Of a stretch of DNA of 64,000 nucleotides, positions 42,620-51,446 are shown piece by piece. The notes under the pieces were generated by a model that saw only the letters and a program-made list of their open reading frames with translations, did not search any database and had not been told where the DNA came from. Made by a program: the position numbers and the translations under genes. This DNA is from a phage: the NCBI GenBank assembly GCA_032430995.1, contig GCA_032430995.1_3952.1. One strand, 5' to 3'. Each line of letters begins with the position of its first letter. Within the stretch, counting starts at the first letter, position 1.

Positions 42620-43042
42620 ATGCAGAAAATGTTTGTTCACCCAGACATAGCTGACTTTGTTAGAGCTTTGCAGAAGTTGGAAGAACTTGACATTGCTGCT
42701 CAACGGGAATATGCTCACCATCACAGGAGAATGGTTGATATACAACATGAAATAGAGTTATCAGAAGATTATGAAGATGACTTAAAATGCTCTGTGTTCG
42801 AGCATATGAAAGACGTTGCTATAGCTAGACGTAAAGCTAAAGACACAGTTGCTTTACTAGATTCTCTTAAAAAGAGGTTGCAAAGTGGTACAGACCTGTG
42901 TAATCTAGCATCACTGATTAACGATGTTGAAACTTCTTGGGATAGGCACTATTATCCACGTTCTGAAAAGACACTTGACTTTTCTTCATCTGAAAACTTA
43001 AAATGTTCTAGAAAGAAACTTAACCAACTGAGAGAGAAATAA
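42620..43042 (+). CDS. hypothetical protein
   Basis: 140 aa first ORF of plus-strand replication block. Confidence 0.5.
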   Translation: MQKMFVHPDIADFVRALQKLEELDIAAQREYAHHHRRMVDIQHEIELSEDYEDDLKCSVFEHMKDVAIARRKAKDTVALLDSLKKRLQSGTDLCNLASLINDVETSWDRHYYPRSEKTLDFSSSENLKCSRKKLNQLREK

Positions 43043-43043
43043 T

Positions 43044-43856
43044 ATGAATACTACTGTAGACCAGATGCTTGAAGAAAAAGGTATTGACGAAGCTTTCTTA
43101 ATCAATGCTGTAGAAAGCATGGCTATGATTCTTCGTGGAAACAACTACACAGAACAGTTTATGCCTGCAAGCTATAACCTGCCTAAAGACAAGTCTGATA
43201 ACAGTGCTTTTGCAGAACAGGTTAATATGATGCTGTGTGACAAAACACTTGCTTTAGCATCTATTGTTGTAGGTGTTGATGCTCTTGCAGAGTTCATTTT
43301 TTATGAGATGCAGAAAAATGACTATATTGCCATGACCTCTGAAGAAAAAGACTCGCTACTGCTCTTAGATAATAATGAGCTAGTTGACCTGTTAATTTCG
43401 TCAACGAGTGCTGTTATGGCTGCTCTTGAGAAGCGCATGGAAGAGAAGCTGTCACGATATGAAAAACTTGATTGGGGTGTAGAAGAGTTAAACCCACGAA
43501 TCAAAGAGATTATCCAGCAAACTAAAGATTCTTTAGAAGAAGCTGTGAAAGATGATTCTGTAGCTGATGTAGAACCACTACAGGTGAAGGTTGCTCTGAT
43601 GATTCCAGCTATTTCTACAATGATGAATATCGTTGCACTAATCCAACTTTCTCAGATGTTGGGAGTAACCATTGAGTTCGTTGAGGAAATGACTGGCGGT
43701 GTGAGTATGCAAGCAATCAATGATGTTTTGGTGAACATTGGTGCTTCAATCATTGAAGAGAAGCTTCGCATTAACTTTGGTGATGATTTTGTGAAGCAAA
43801 TCTCAGCTATGGCTGAAAAAGAACACTCACAGATTAATACTGAGCAACTGCACTAA
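43044..43856 (+). CDS. hypothetical protein
   Basis: 270 aa acidic protein coupled to upstream ORF. Confidence 0.5.
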   Translation: MNTTVDQMLEEKGIDEAFLINAVESMAMILRGNNYTEQFMPASYNLPKDKSDNSAFAEQVNMMLCDKTLALASIVVGVDALAEFIFYEMQKNDYIAMTSEEKDSLLLLDNNELVDLLISSTSAVMAALEKRMEEKLSRYEKLDWGVEELNPRIKEIIQQTKDSLEEAVKDDSVADVEPLQVKVALMIPAISTMMNIVALIQLSQMLGVTIEFVEEMTGGVSMQAINDVLVNIGASIIEEKLRINFGDDFVKQISAMAEKEHSQINTEQLH

Positions 43857-43917
43857 GTCTTTATAAATCTTACAAGCCTCCTTAGTTGGGGGCTTTTTAG
43901 TAATTAATGGAGATAAA

Positions 43918-44661
43918 ATGAGTAATATTATAGCATTTACTGGAAAGGCGCGTTCTGGAAAAGACACCTCATGTTCTATTGTGAAGAACATCTTAGAGGA
44001 TGAGCACGGCTACAATGTTGCAGTAATGGCCTTTGCAGACAACCTTAAACTATCTGCATCAAAGATATTTGACTTGACTTGGAATGACCTGTACGGTGAA
44101 ACTAAAGAGACTCCGCAGGTATTTGACTTATCATATCATGAACTGATGTTTAAAGTTACGGAAGCTATGGAGTTCACCTTCAGAGATGAACGTTACCATA
44201 TGGACTTCAAGCTTATGTCAGAGTTAACCGGACGATTAATCATGGAGCTTAAGAAGGTTGCTAAACCGACTCTATTGACACGTCTGGGGTTTAGTAAAAA
44301 GTATAAATTCTCATCAAGACAAATTCAACAGATTTGGGGTACTGAAGTTGTCCGTAAAGTAATGGGCGACAAGTTCTGGTCTAAAGACCTTGAAAAAAGA
44401 ATGGTTAGATTCCATGAAATGTGCTCACTTAGAAATCAATATGGTTTTGTCTTAATCAGTGATTTAAGATTTGACTCTGAAGCTGAATGGCTGAGTAGAT
44501 TTGCACACCAAACTATTGAAGTAAAAAGAGACAATGTGGACAAAGTTTCATCACATGTTTCAGAAAATGGGATTTCTACAAAATATGAGCGTGACATTAT
44601 TCATAATAATGGTACTCTTGCAGACCTTGAGAACAAGCTAAGAGCCATCATTAAAGTTTAA
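43918..44661 (+). CDS. deoxynucleoside monophosphate kinase (T4 gp1-like, putative)
   Basis: 247 aa; N-terminal P-loop FTGKARSGKDT. Confidence 0.55.
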   Translation: MSNIIAFTGKARSGKDTSCSIVKNILEDEHGYNVAVMAFADNLKLSASKIFDLTWNDLYGETKETPQVFDLSYHELMFKVTEAMEFTFRDERYHMDFKLMSELTGRLIMELKKVAKPTLLTRLGFSKKYKFSSRQIQQIWGTEVVRKVMGDKFWSKDLEKRMVRFHEMCSLRNQYGFVLISDLRFDSEAEWLSRFAHQTIEVKRDNVDKVSSHVSENGISTKYERDIIHNNGTLADLENKLRAIIKV

Positions 44662-44669
44662 AAGAGAGA

Positions 44670-44870
44670 ATGAAGATGAGAGTAAAAGACAATTTTAAAG
44701 TTATTGACCACCGTTTAGTGGAACTCTCATCTCTTTCCAATGAGGTAATGATTGAACGTCTTAAGAGAGTTGAATCACGAAGGAAAGAGATTGCAGATGA
44801 AATTCATGAACTGGACAAGATTGAAAATGGATTGAAGGCAGAACTACAACGAAGAGGTGCTAATGTCTAA
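44670..44870 (+). CDS. hypothetical small protein
   Basis: 66 aa coiled-coil-like ORF. Confidence 0.4.
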   Translation: MKMRVKDNFKVIDHRLVELSSLSNEVMIERLKRVESRRKEIADEIHELDKIENGLKAELQRRGANV

Positions 44871-46848
44871 AGGTCGTAAATTGAAAGAGGCTGGTCAGTT
44901 TATTGGTCATTGTGCATGTCCACGTTGTGGTTCATCAGATGCTGGTTCAATCTATCATCATGACGATGATTCTTATTCGATGACTTGCTTTAGTTGTAAC
45001 AAAGGTTTCCCAGAGTGGGATTTTGATAAAGGACAAATCGTGAGCACTTATTCTACTGGTTCAGACAATAAAAACCGTACTTTCCGTGGAATGGATTTAG
45101 ACGATGTAAAAGAAAACCTAGAAGCAATGGACTTGAAAGACAGGAAGATTCCTGCAAAAGTCCTTGAACGCTTAGGTATCAAGGTTGACATTGACAGTGA
45201 TGGTGAAATTGACGCACATTTCTATCCAACTTACAAACGTAATGAAGATGGTAAGCTAGAACATGTTGGTTACCGTGTTCGTCACCGTTACCCAGAAGAC
45301 CATCCAAAAGAGCACCTACGTGGTAAGCTAAAAGACTTTTCTGGTGGTGTTGGAGACATTAAAGGTGAACTGGCAATGTTCGGTTCATGGATTGCTCCAG
45401 AAGGTGGTAACCGTCTATTCATCTGGGAAGGTGAGATGGAATGTGCGACAGCAATCTATATGACTTCTCTTGCGATTAAAGATAAGTCTCGTCGTAAGAA
45501 TTACTGTCATGTATCTGTTCCGTCAGGCGCAAACATCAAGTCTATCAAAGATAACTATCAGTACATCACATCATTTGATGAGATTTACTTGTGCTTTGAT
45601 AATGATGAAGCAGGTGCTAAAGCTACCAAAGAGGCTGCTGGTATCTTACCTATTGAGAAGGTTCGTTTATTCCAGTATCCAGAAGGTGTAAAAGACCTTA
45701 ATGAATGGTGGACAAAGTTCTATAAAGAAAAAGACACAGTGCTTGAAGGGTTTAAGCAGCGTATCTACAATGCACCTCGTTATTGCCCTGCTGGTATCAA
45801 GAACTTTGCAGATGGTTTTGAGGCAATGAAGAATCGTGGTCAGATTCCATTGATTCCTTTCCCAGAGTCTTTCGGGGATTTGAACAGACTGACTTATGGT
45901 GGTTATGGTTTAGGTGAGATTACGACTATTGCAGCACCATCTTCAGTAGGTAAGTCAGCTTACACTCGTGAGATGATTTATTCAGCTTGGAAAGAAACTG
46001 ATTATAATATCGGTGTAATTCCTGTAGAAGATACCTATGAAGAGTTGATGGAGATGCTCTGTGCAATCCACCTTAGCAAGCAGATTTCTGAGATTCCTTA
46101 TGATGAACGTGATTGGGATGAATTGAAGGAGGCACACGCAGAACTGTCTAAAGGTCGTCGTATCCACATCGTTGACCATCAAGGGGCAATTGACCAAGAT
46201 AACTTGCTGGAATTTGTTGACTATCTTGTTAATAGTTTAGACTGTAAGATTATTATTCTTGACCCTATTACGTTGGCTCTGTCACGTTCAGATACGGATG
46301 AAGAGGAAGTTTTGTCTGAGCTATTGCGTCGTTGCAAACGCTACCAGTATGCACAGGTAAACGTATGTCACGTTCGTAAGAGTGCAGGTGGTCAGAAAGC
46401 TAACTCTGAAGGTGGAGATATCTCTGAAGAGGATATTAAGGGTTCTGGTGCATACTTTCAGATTTCCATGAACAACATTCTGTTAATGCGTAACAAGGTT
46501 GACCCAGACCCTGTTAAGAAAAACTTGACAAAAATCAAGTTAACTAAGTGTCGTCGTCATGGTAAGTCAACAGGTATTGCTGGTCATACTTGGTATAATC
46601 CAGATACAGGACGCCTTATCAAAGCTTCTGGATGTGGTGTTGACATTGATGGTGCAGCAGAAAATATTCGTCAACAGTTTGGTATTGGTGAAGCTGAAGA
46701 CCATTATGATGACTCTTTGCCTCATTATGAGGATGAAGTGTTTGACCGTGAGACTGGTGAAGTCTATACTGAAGAGCAGCGTCAAAGCTCAACGATTCCA
46801 CCTGTATTAAGTGAGGATGCAGATGACTACCCATTCGAAACTGAGTGA
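44863..46848 (+). CDS. bifunctional DNA primase-helicase (T7 gp4-like)
   Basis: N-terminal zinc ribbon CPRCG...CFSC; TOPRIM acidic motif CFDNDEAG; DnaB-type Walker A APSSVGKS. Confidence 0.8.
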   Translation: MSKGRKLKEAGQFIGHCACPRCGSSDAGSIYHHDDDSYSMTCFSCNKGFPEWDFDKGQIVSTYSTGSDNKNRTFRGMDLDDVKENLEAMDLKDRKIPAKVLERLGIKVDIDSDGEIDAHFYPTYKRNEDGKLEHVGYRVRHRYPEDHPKEHLRGKLKDFSGGVGDIKGELAMFGSWIAPEGGNRLFIWEGEMECATAIYMTSLAIKDKSRRKNYCHVSVPSGANIKSIKDNYQYITSFDEIYLCFDNDEAGAKATKEAAGILPIEKVRLFQYPEGVKDLNEWWTKFYKEKDTVLEGFKQRIYNAPRYCPAGIKNFADGFEAMKNRGQIPLIPFPESFGDLNRLTYGGYGLGEITTIAAPSSVGKSAYTREMIYSAWKETDYNIGVIPVEDTYEELMEMLCAIHLSKQISEIPYDERDWDELKEAHAELSKGRRIHIVDHQGAIDQDNLLEFVDYLVNSLDCKIIILDPITLALSRSDTDEEEVLSELLRRCKRYQYAQVNVCHVRKSAGGQKANSEGGDISEEDIKGSGAYFQISMNNILLMRNKVDPDPVKKNLTKIKLTKCRRHGKSTGIAGHTWYNPDTGRLIKASGCGVDIDGAAENIRQQFGIGEAEDHYDDSLPHYEDEVFDRETGEVYTEEQRQSSTIPPVLSEDADDYPFETE

Positions 46849-47104
46849 TAGTTATAAAAGAGAGGGGTTCACACCCTTCTTTGAAGAAAAAAGTTTAAAT
46901 AAATTTCAGGAAGAGTGTTTGACAAAGATTGATAGGTTCTATAGAATGCTCCTCATGAAATGCGATGGGGATGTTGCTATAAAAGAAGATTCCTACCAAA
47001 GCACGATTACAGTCATCATTACACTGCCTCAGCATAATATTAGTTGGCTGTTTATAATTAAAGAAAATGTGTTTGAATATCAAGTATATCGGAGAATATC
47101 ATGA
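46811..47104 (+). CDS. hypothetical protein
   Basis: 97 aa ORF overlapping primase-helicase end. Confidence 0.3.
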   Translation: MRMQMTTHSKLSDSYKREGFTPFFEEKSLNKFQEECLTKIDRFYRMLLMKCDGDVAIKEDSYQSTITVIITLPQHNISWLFIIKENVFEYQVYRRIS

Positions 47105-47250
47105 AACACTCTAAAGCATTTGAAAAAGTTTTTGGGGATTCCTTAAAAGCCACTGCTGGCAAACCAGCAAAATACTATGAAGAGAAGCGTGTAAGAACTG
47201 GAAAAACTGCACGTAAAGCAGCTTCTAAAGATAAGCACAACTTCCAGTAA
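47101..47250 (+). CDS. hypothetical small basic protein (below ORF-track cutoff)
   Basis: own translation MKHSKAFEKVFGDSLKATAGKPAKYYEEKRVRTGKTARKAASKDKHNFQ. Confidence 0.25.
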   Translation: MKHSKAFEKVFGDSLKATAGKPAKYYEEKRVRTGKTARKAASKDKHNFQ

Positions 47251-47322
47251 TTAATGTTTGACAATAGAGTATCAACAAATTAGAATTGGTACTCTTCATA
47301 AATTGAGATAGAGGTTTAAATA

Positions 47323-48180
47323 ATGTCTAAAGTTGTTAAAATGAAAGCTCCGGTAGAGAAGTACAACGGTACTGAACGTCAAACTCTGCGTTACCTTCTG
47401 AAAGATGTTTGGTTTTATTACCTGAACACTTCACCACGTCCGGGAAAAGGTAAATCCATTGATAAGAAATTTCCAGGCAAAGACTGTAACTACAGTGTTT
47501 CAATTCTGGCAGAAGATGGTAACAAGCTGTTTAAAGAGTTTACTAAGTCTAAGAAAAACCCAGAAGGTTGGGATAAAGTTACTACTGAAGCGGTTGATGC
47601 AGATGACTTCGAAGAGAAGTTTGGTTGCAAACCACCATTTGAAGCAGACACTTACTACATCTTGAAAGTAAGTCGTGCAGCAGCTTATAAAGATGGTGCT
47701 GTGTGGACAGCTAAACAGTCATTCCCTGTAATGCTGATTGAAGAAGTAAATGGTAAGCGTGTAGCTGTTAAACAGCCGATGAAGAAAATCAAAGCTCAAG
47801 CATCTGACAAACATGAAGATGACAAGAACTATGATGTAATTCATCCAGATATTGCAGTTGGTAACGGTTCTTTTGGTAGCGTGATTCTTTCTACTCACTT
47901 CTACACTTTTGAGAACAATGTTTTGACAAAACCTATTCAGGAACAGTTTATCATTGACACCCTTGTGCCTTACACTGGTGGTAACGGTGCTAACGGTGAA
48001 CCTGAACTGGATGAAGACGAACTGGCTATGCTTGGTCTTGACGGTGTTGAAGATAACGGTGAAATCACTGAAGAAGACGCAAAAGACCACAAACCTTCGA
48101 ATGATTCTGATGATGGTGACGATGAAGACTTGCCAGACCCAGATGACGAAGGAGATGAAGACTTCGATACAGAAGATTAA
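47323..48180 (+). CDS. single-stranded DNA-binding protein (putative, acidic C-terminal tail)
   Basis: 285 aa; C-terminus DDGDDEDLPDPDDEGDEDFDTED typical of phage SSBs; position among replication genes. Confidence 0.45.
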   Translation: MSKVVKMKAPVEKYNGTERQTLRYLLKDVWFYYLNTSPRPGKGKSIDKKFPGKDCNYSVSILAEDGNKLFKEFTKSKKNPEGWDKVTTEAVDADDFEEKFGCKPPFEADTYYILKVSRAAAYKDGAVWTAKQSFPVMLIEEVNGKRVAVKQPMKKIKAQASDKHEDDKNYDVIHPDIAVGNGSFGSVILSTHFYTFENNVLTKPIQEQFIIDTLVPYTGGNGANGEPELDEDELAMLGLDGVEDNGEITEEDAKDHKPSNDSDDGDDEDLPDPDDEGDEDFDTED

Positions 48181-48242
48181 TCTCTAAAAGTCACTTTAAA
48201 GCCCTGTACTTAGTATGGGGCTTTTTCATATGGAGAGTCATA

Positions 48243-49283
48243 ATGGAGAAGTACACATTAACAAAGCTTCCCGATTCAGTTACACATGTCTTTATTGACT
48301 CTGATAGTATTGCCTATAAAGGTGCTTGTGTAGTTGAGAAATCAAAATATAGATACGTCAATAAACTCACAGCAGAAGAATCTGAGCCATTTGATAATGC
48401 GAAAGATGCTGCAAGATGGTTAGCAGACCAGAGAATCCTTGTGGAAGAACTTGGCCTGACATTTGATGAAGATGAATGGGAAAGACAGACTTGGAAAGAA
48501 GCTAAGAGTGAAAAAGAAGCTATCATGGCTACTCAACAGGTGCTTCAGGAATGGCTTAAGGTTGTTGGTAAAGAGAGAACTTGGGTAGGCTATTTAACAG
48601 AGAAAGGTGTGCATAAACATAAAGACATTAAAGGTCTTGAGCACCAATATCAAGGTAACCGTAAAGATGCTGTCACACCAACACACTTAGTTGCTTGTCG
48701 TGAGTATCTTCTGTCAAGACCAGAGTTCAAGCTCTTAAAGGGTGGCTTCGAAGCCGATTCCATCGTAATTGCTAAAGCTGAAAAGATGGGTAAGAAGGCT
48801 GCTCTTATGAGTATTGACAAAGACCTTCGACAAGCTGAAGGGACTTATTGTATTGATATGACTTATGAAAAGTCACCACTAATTTTTATTGCTGATAATA
48901 ATGTTGGTGATATCTGGGATTGCCCTATCAAATCAAAACCAAAAGCTGCAAAAACAGTTGGTGTAGGTTTTAAATTTTTGTGTTATCAGGCTGTTGCTGG
49001 AGATAATGCAGACAACTACTTCGGCCTTAAAGGTGCTGGCAAAGTAGCTGTGATGAATGCTTTAGATGGTAAAGAGACCTATAAAGAGTGTCTTGACGCT
49101 ATCTATGAACTCTATGCTAAAAAAGAGTCTTACACCTATGTGTCATGGGATGGACAGACTGTTACCAAAACACCATTAGAGTTAATGGAGCAACATTTCT
49201 GGATAGCATATCAAGAGAGAAATCCAAAAGATAATTTCTCTTTTAAGAAATATAATTGGGAGCCGTGTATGAATGAAGATTAA
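48243..49283 (+). CDS. 5'-3' exonuclease / flap endonuclease (RNase H-like)
   Basis: 346 aa; motifs SIDKDLRQ and AGDNADNYFGLKGAGKV. Confidence 0.55.
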   Translation: MEKYTLTKLPDSVTHVFIDSDSIAYKGACVVEKSKYRYVNKLTAEESEPFDNAKDAARWLADQRILVEELGLTFDEDEWERQTWKEAKSEKEAIMATQQVLQEWLKVVGKERTWVGYLTEKGVHKHKDIKGLEHQYQGNRKDAVTPTHLVACREYLLSRPEFKLLKGGFEADSIVIAKAEKMGKKAALMSIDKDLRQAEGTYCIDMTYEKSPLIFIADNNVGDIWDCPIKSKPKAAKTVGVGFKFLCYQAVAGDNADNYFGLKGAGKVAVMNALDGKETYKECLDAIYELYAKKESYTYVSWDGQTVTKTPLELMEQHFWIAYQERNPKDNFSFKKYNWEPCMNED

Positions 49284-49770
49284 AGGATTTGGCAATTGCC
49301 CCACCTACGGTCATTGGGTATCTTTGTGTGGGGAAGTTGACCCCACTAAACATTTTGGCTTTGTCTATTTAGTATACTGTAAGAAAACCGGACAATACTA
49401 TATCGGAAAGAAACAGCTTAATAGTGTGACCAAAAGAAAAGTTGCTGGCAAGACTCGGAAGAAGGTAGTCACTAAGGAAAGTGATTGGATGACTTATGAG
49501 ACTTCTTCTGAGTATATTAAAAAAGATATTGAGAGCTTTGGAAAAGAATTTTTTGACTTTTACATTATTCAAACCTACCACACAAAAGGTGGTCTAGTTT
49601 ATGGTGAAGCAAACCTTCAACATAAATTCGATGTAATGACAAAAAGGATTGACTCTAAGCTCAGACTCTTCTACAATGCCAACATTGCAGCAATTAAGTT
49701 TATCACTAAAGAAACTTATGAAGATGCTGAAAAAAGAATCCATAAGGTAATGAAAGCAAACTGTGCTTGA
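49273..49770 (+). CDS. GIY-YIG family endonuclease (putative homing endonuclease)
   Basis: 165 aa; N-terminal FVYLVYCKKTGQYYIGKK matches GIY-(x10)-YIG spacing. Confidence 0.45.
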   Translation: MKIKGFGNCPTYGHWVSLCGEVDPTKHFGFVYLVYCKKTGQYYIGKKQLNSVTKRKVAGKTRKKVVTKESDWMTYETSSEYIKKDIESFGKEFFDFYIIQTYHTKGGLVYGEANLQHKFDVMTKRIDSKLRLFYNANIAAIKFITKETYEDAEKRIHKVMKANCA

Positions 49771-49776
49771 TAACTA

Positions 49777-50040
49777 TTGAGAGAGAATAAAATGTTTAAC
49801 AAAAGTAAAGCTGTGAGTCATGTAGCAAAAGTTGACAGCAAGATTGAAGAACTTGAGCGCATTCTTGCAAATGCCAGAGAGTCAATAATTAAAGAGGTTG
49901 AAGCTGTTGAATCTCAAATGCAGCACCTAATGCTTAAACGTCAAGAGCTACGTGAGCATCTGGAATATATTGAAACACGAGAGCTAAAGGTTAACAGATA
50001 TTTTAAGGAGTCCAAATGTTTAACTCAAGAGAATCAGTAA
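49777..50040 (+). CDS. hypothetical coiled-coil protein
   Basis: 87 aa. Confidence 0.4.
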   Translation: MRENKMFNKSKAVSHVAKVDSKIEELERILANARESIIKEVEAVESQMQHLMLKRQELREHLEYIETRELKVNRYFKESKCLTQENQ

Positions 50041-50771
50041 AAAACTGGAATCTTCGTTGTGGAAACACTCAAAAGCAACCTTACAGTGATGAGTATTGGG
50101 AGTCTTTGAAATCTCAATCTCTATGTATGCTTGAAGAAGCAAAAGAGCTTGTAAAAGCAATTGAAGAGAAAGACCCCATTGAGACACTGGATGCTCAGGC
50201 AGATTTGCAATATGTTCTTGACGGTCTGATTTATCTGTCACAACATGACCATAACGGTGCTATGAAAGCTGTTTGCCATAATAATGACCTGAAGTACACA
50301 GATGACTATGAAGAAGCTTTAAAACGTCTTGCAGATATTGAGAAGCGTACTGGTCAAGAGTGTATCATCAGAATGTCAGTAGTTGATGGTAAAGAATGGT
50401 ATGCAATTGTTCGTGCAGCCGATGGGAAGATTATGAAGCAATCTAATCTCCCTAAAGTTCAGCTTGGTGAATACATTGTAGAACTTGAAAGCCAAGAACT
50501 TTTTGTGGTAGTATCTGACACATGCGTTATCTGCAAAGGTATTGTATGTAGCTTAAAGGATTTGGGTGTAGATGGTTTTGTAGAAGTTAATCCAATTACC
50601 TCTAAAGCAGATAAAGATTTCTGTAAAGAGAATGGACTATGGATTGCAGATATTGTCTACTATGATGGTGAGCAGTTCCATGTAACCTCATACCCGAAAC
50701 TGAATTATGATGCTAATAACCTGAAGTGCTGGTTAAAAGGGGTTGGTTATAATGGATTCACAGAACATTAA
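50016..50771 (+). CDS. MazG-like nucleotide pyrophosphohydrolase domain protein (putative)
   Basis: 251 aa; N-terminal LEEAKELVKAIEEKD...DLQYVLDGLIYL resembles MazG EExxE...D motif. Confidence 0.4.
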   Translation: MFNSRESVKNWNLRCGNTQKQPYSDEYWESLKSQSLCMLEEAKELVKAIEEKDPIETLDAQADLQYVLDGLIYLSQHDHNGAMKAVCHNNDLKYTDDYEEALKRLADIEKRTGQECIIRMSVVDGKEWYAIVRAADGKIMKQSNLPKVQLGEYIVELESQELFVVVSDTCVICKGIVCSLKDLGVDGFVEVNPITSKADKDFCKENGLWIADIVYYDGEQFHVTSYPKLNYDANNLKCWLKGVGYNGFTEH

Positions 50772-51075
50772 TAAAGAAGGTGTGGCTCAGAAGAGCCACT
50801 TCTCAAACTACAATATTTCTATGACGGTGTTTATGAATGACCCGTTACTTGAGAAGTATGGTGAGACTCCAGATACACTTCTGGATAATGAACAAGTTTT
50901 AAAAGCAGTTCTGTACAAATACGGGATTGATATTGAGAAAGAGTATTCTTTTGAAATCTGTCAACACAGGAATACTTTTGGTAAAGTTGTAATGGCTCCA
51001 CTCTTCATGGGTGTAGAAAGGACTGACTATGGTTGGTTATATCTAAAAAGAAACTTGGAGAAATACCGTGTCTAA
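50743..51075 (+). CDS. hypothetical protein
   Basis: 110 aa ORF. Confidence 0.4.
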   Translation: MVIMDSQNINKEGVAQKSHFSNYNISMTVFMNDPLLEKYGETPDTLLDNEQVLKAVLYKYGIDIEKEYSFEICQHRNTFGKVVMAPLFMGVERTDYGWLYLKRNLEKYRV

Positions 51076-51400
51076 AGCAAAAAAGCTATCTTATGATGAC
51101 ATTATCTCAGGTGCTAAATTAGGTGTTGATAGTATCGGACAAGATGTTAAGCACGGGGACACAGTTATGTACTGTGATGACCGAAGAGGCAGAAGTGCAA
51201 TCTTGTTTGGAAGAGTTGTTTGCAAGATGCGGGGTAATTATGTTGTTGAAGACATGAATGTGGATGTCACAAAACAGCTTGAAATAATTATGAATAGCAA
51301 TATATCATGGTTCGTAAATTGTATGCACACTTCGTCAGTCACAAAAGTAAGTGATAAGTTTTACGATATGTGGCAGAATGAGCAAATTTTCAAGATTTAA
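51068..51400 (+). CDS. hypothetical protein
   Basis: 110 aa ORF. Confidence 0.4.
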   Translation: MSKAKKLSYDDIISGAKLGVDSIGQDVKHGDTVMYCDDRRGRSAILFGRVVCKMRGNYVVEDMNVDVTKQLEIIMNSNISWFVNCMHTSSVTKVSDKFYDMWQNEQIFKI

Positions 51401-51404
51401 ACTA

Positions 51405-51430
51405 GGGAGCCTCTTCGGAGGCTCTTCTCA
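51405..51430 (+). terminator. terminator-like hairpin upstream of nrdA
   Basis: GGGAGCCTC-TTCG-GAGGCTC hairpin, weak T tract. Confidence 0.4.
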
Positions 51431-51446
51431 TCTGTAGGATTCAAAA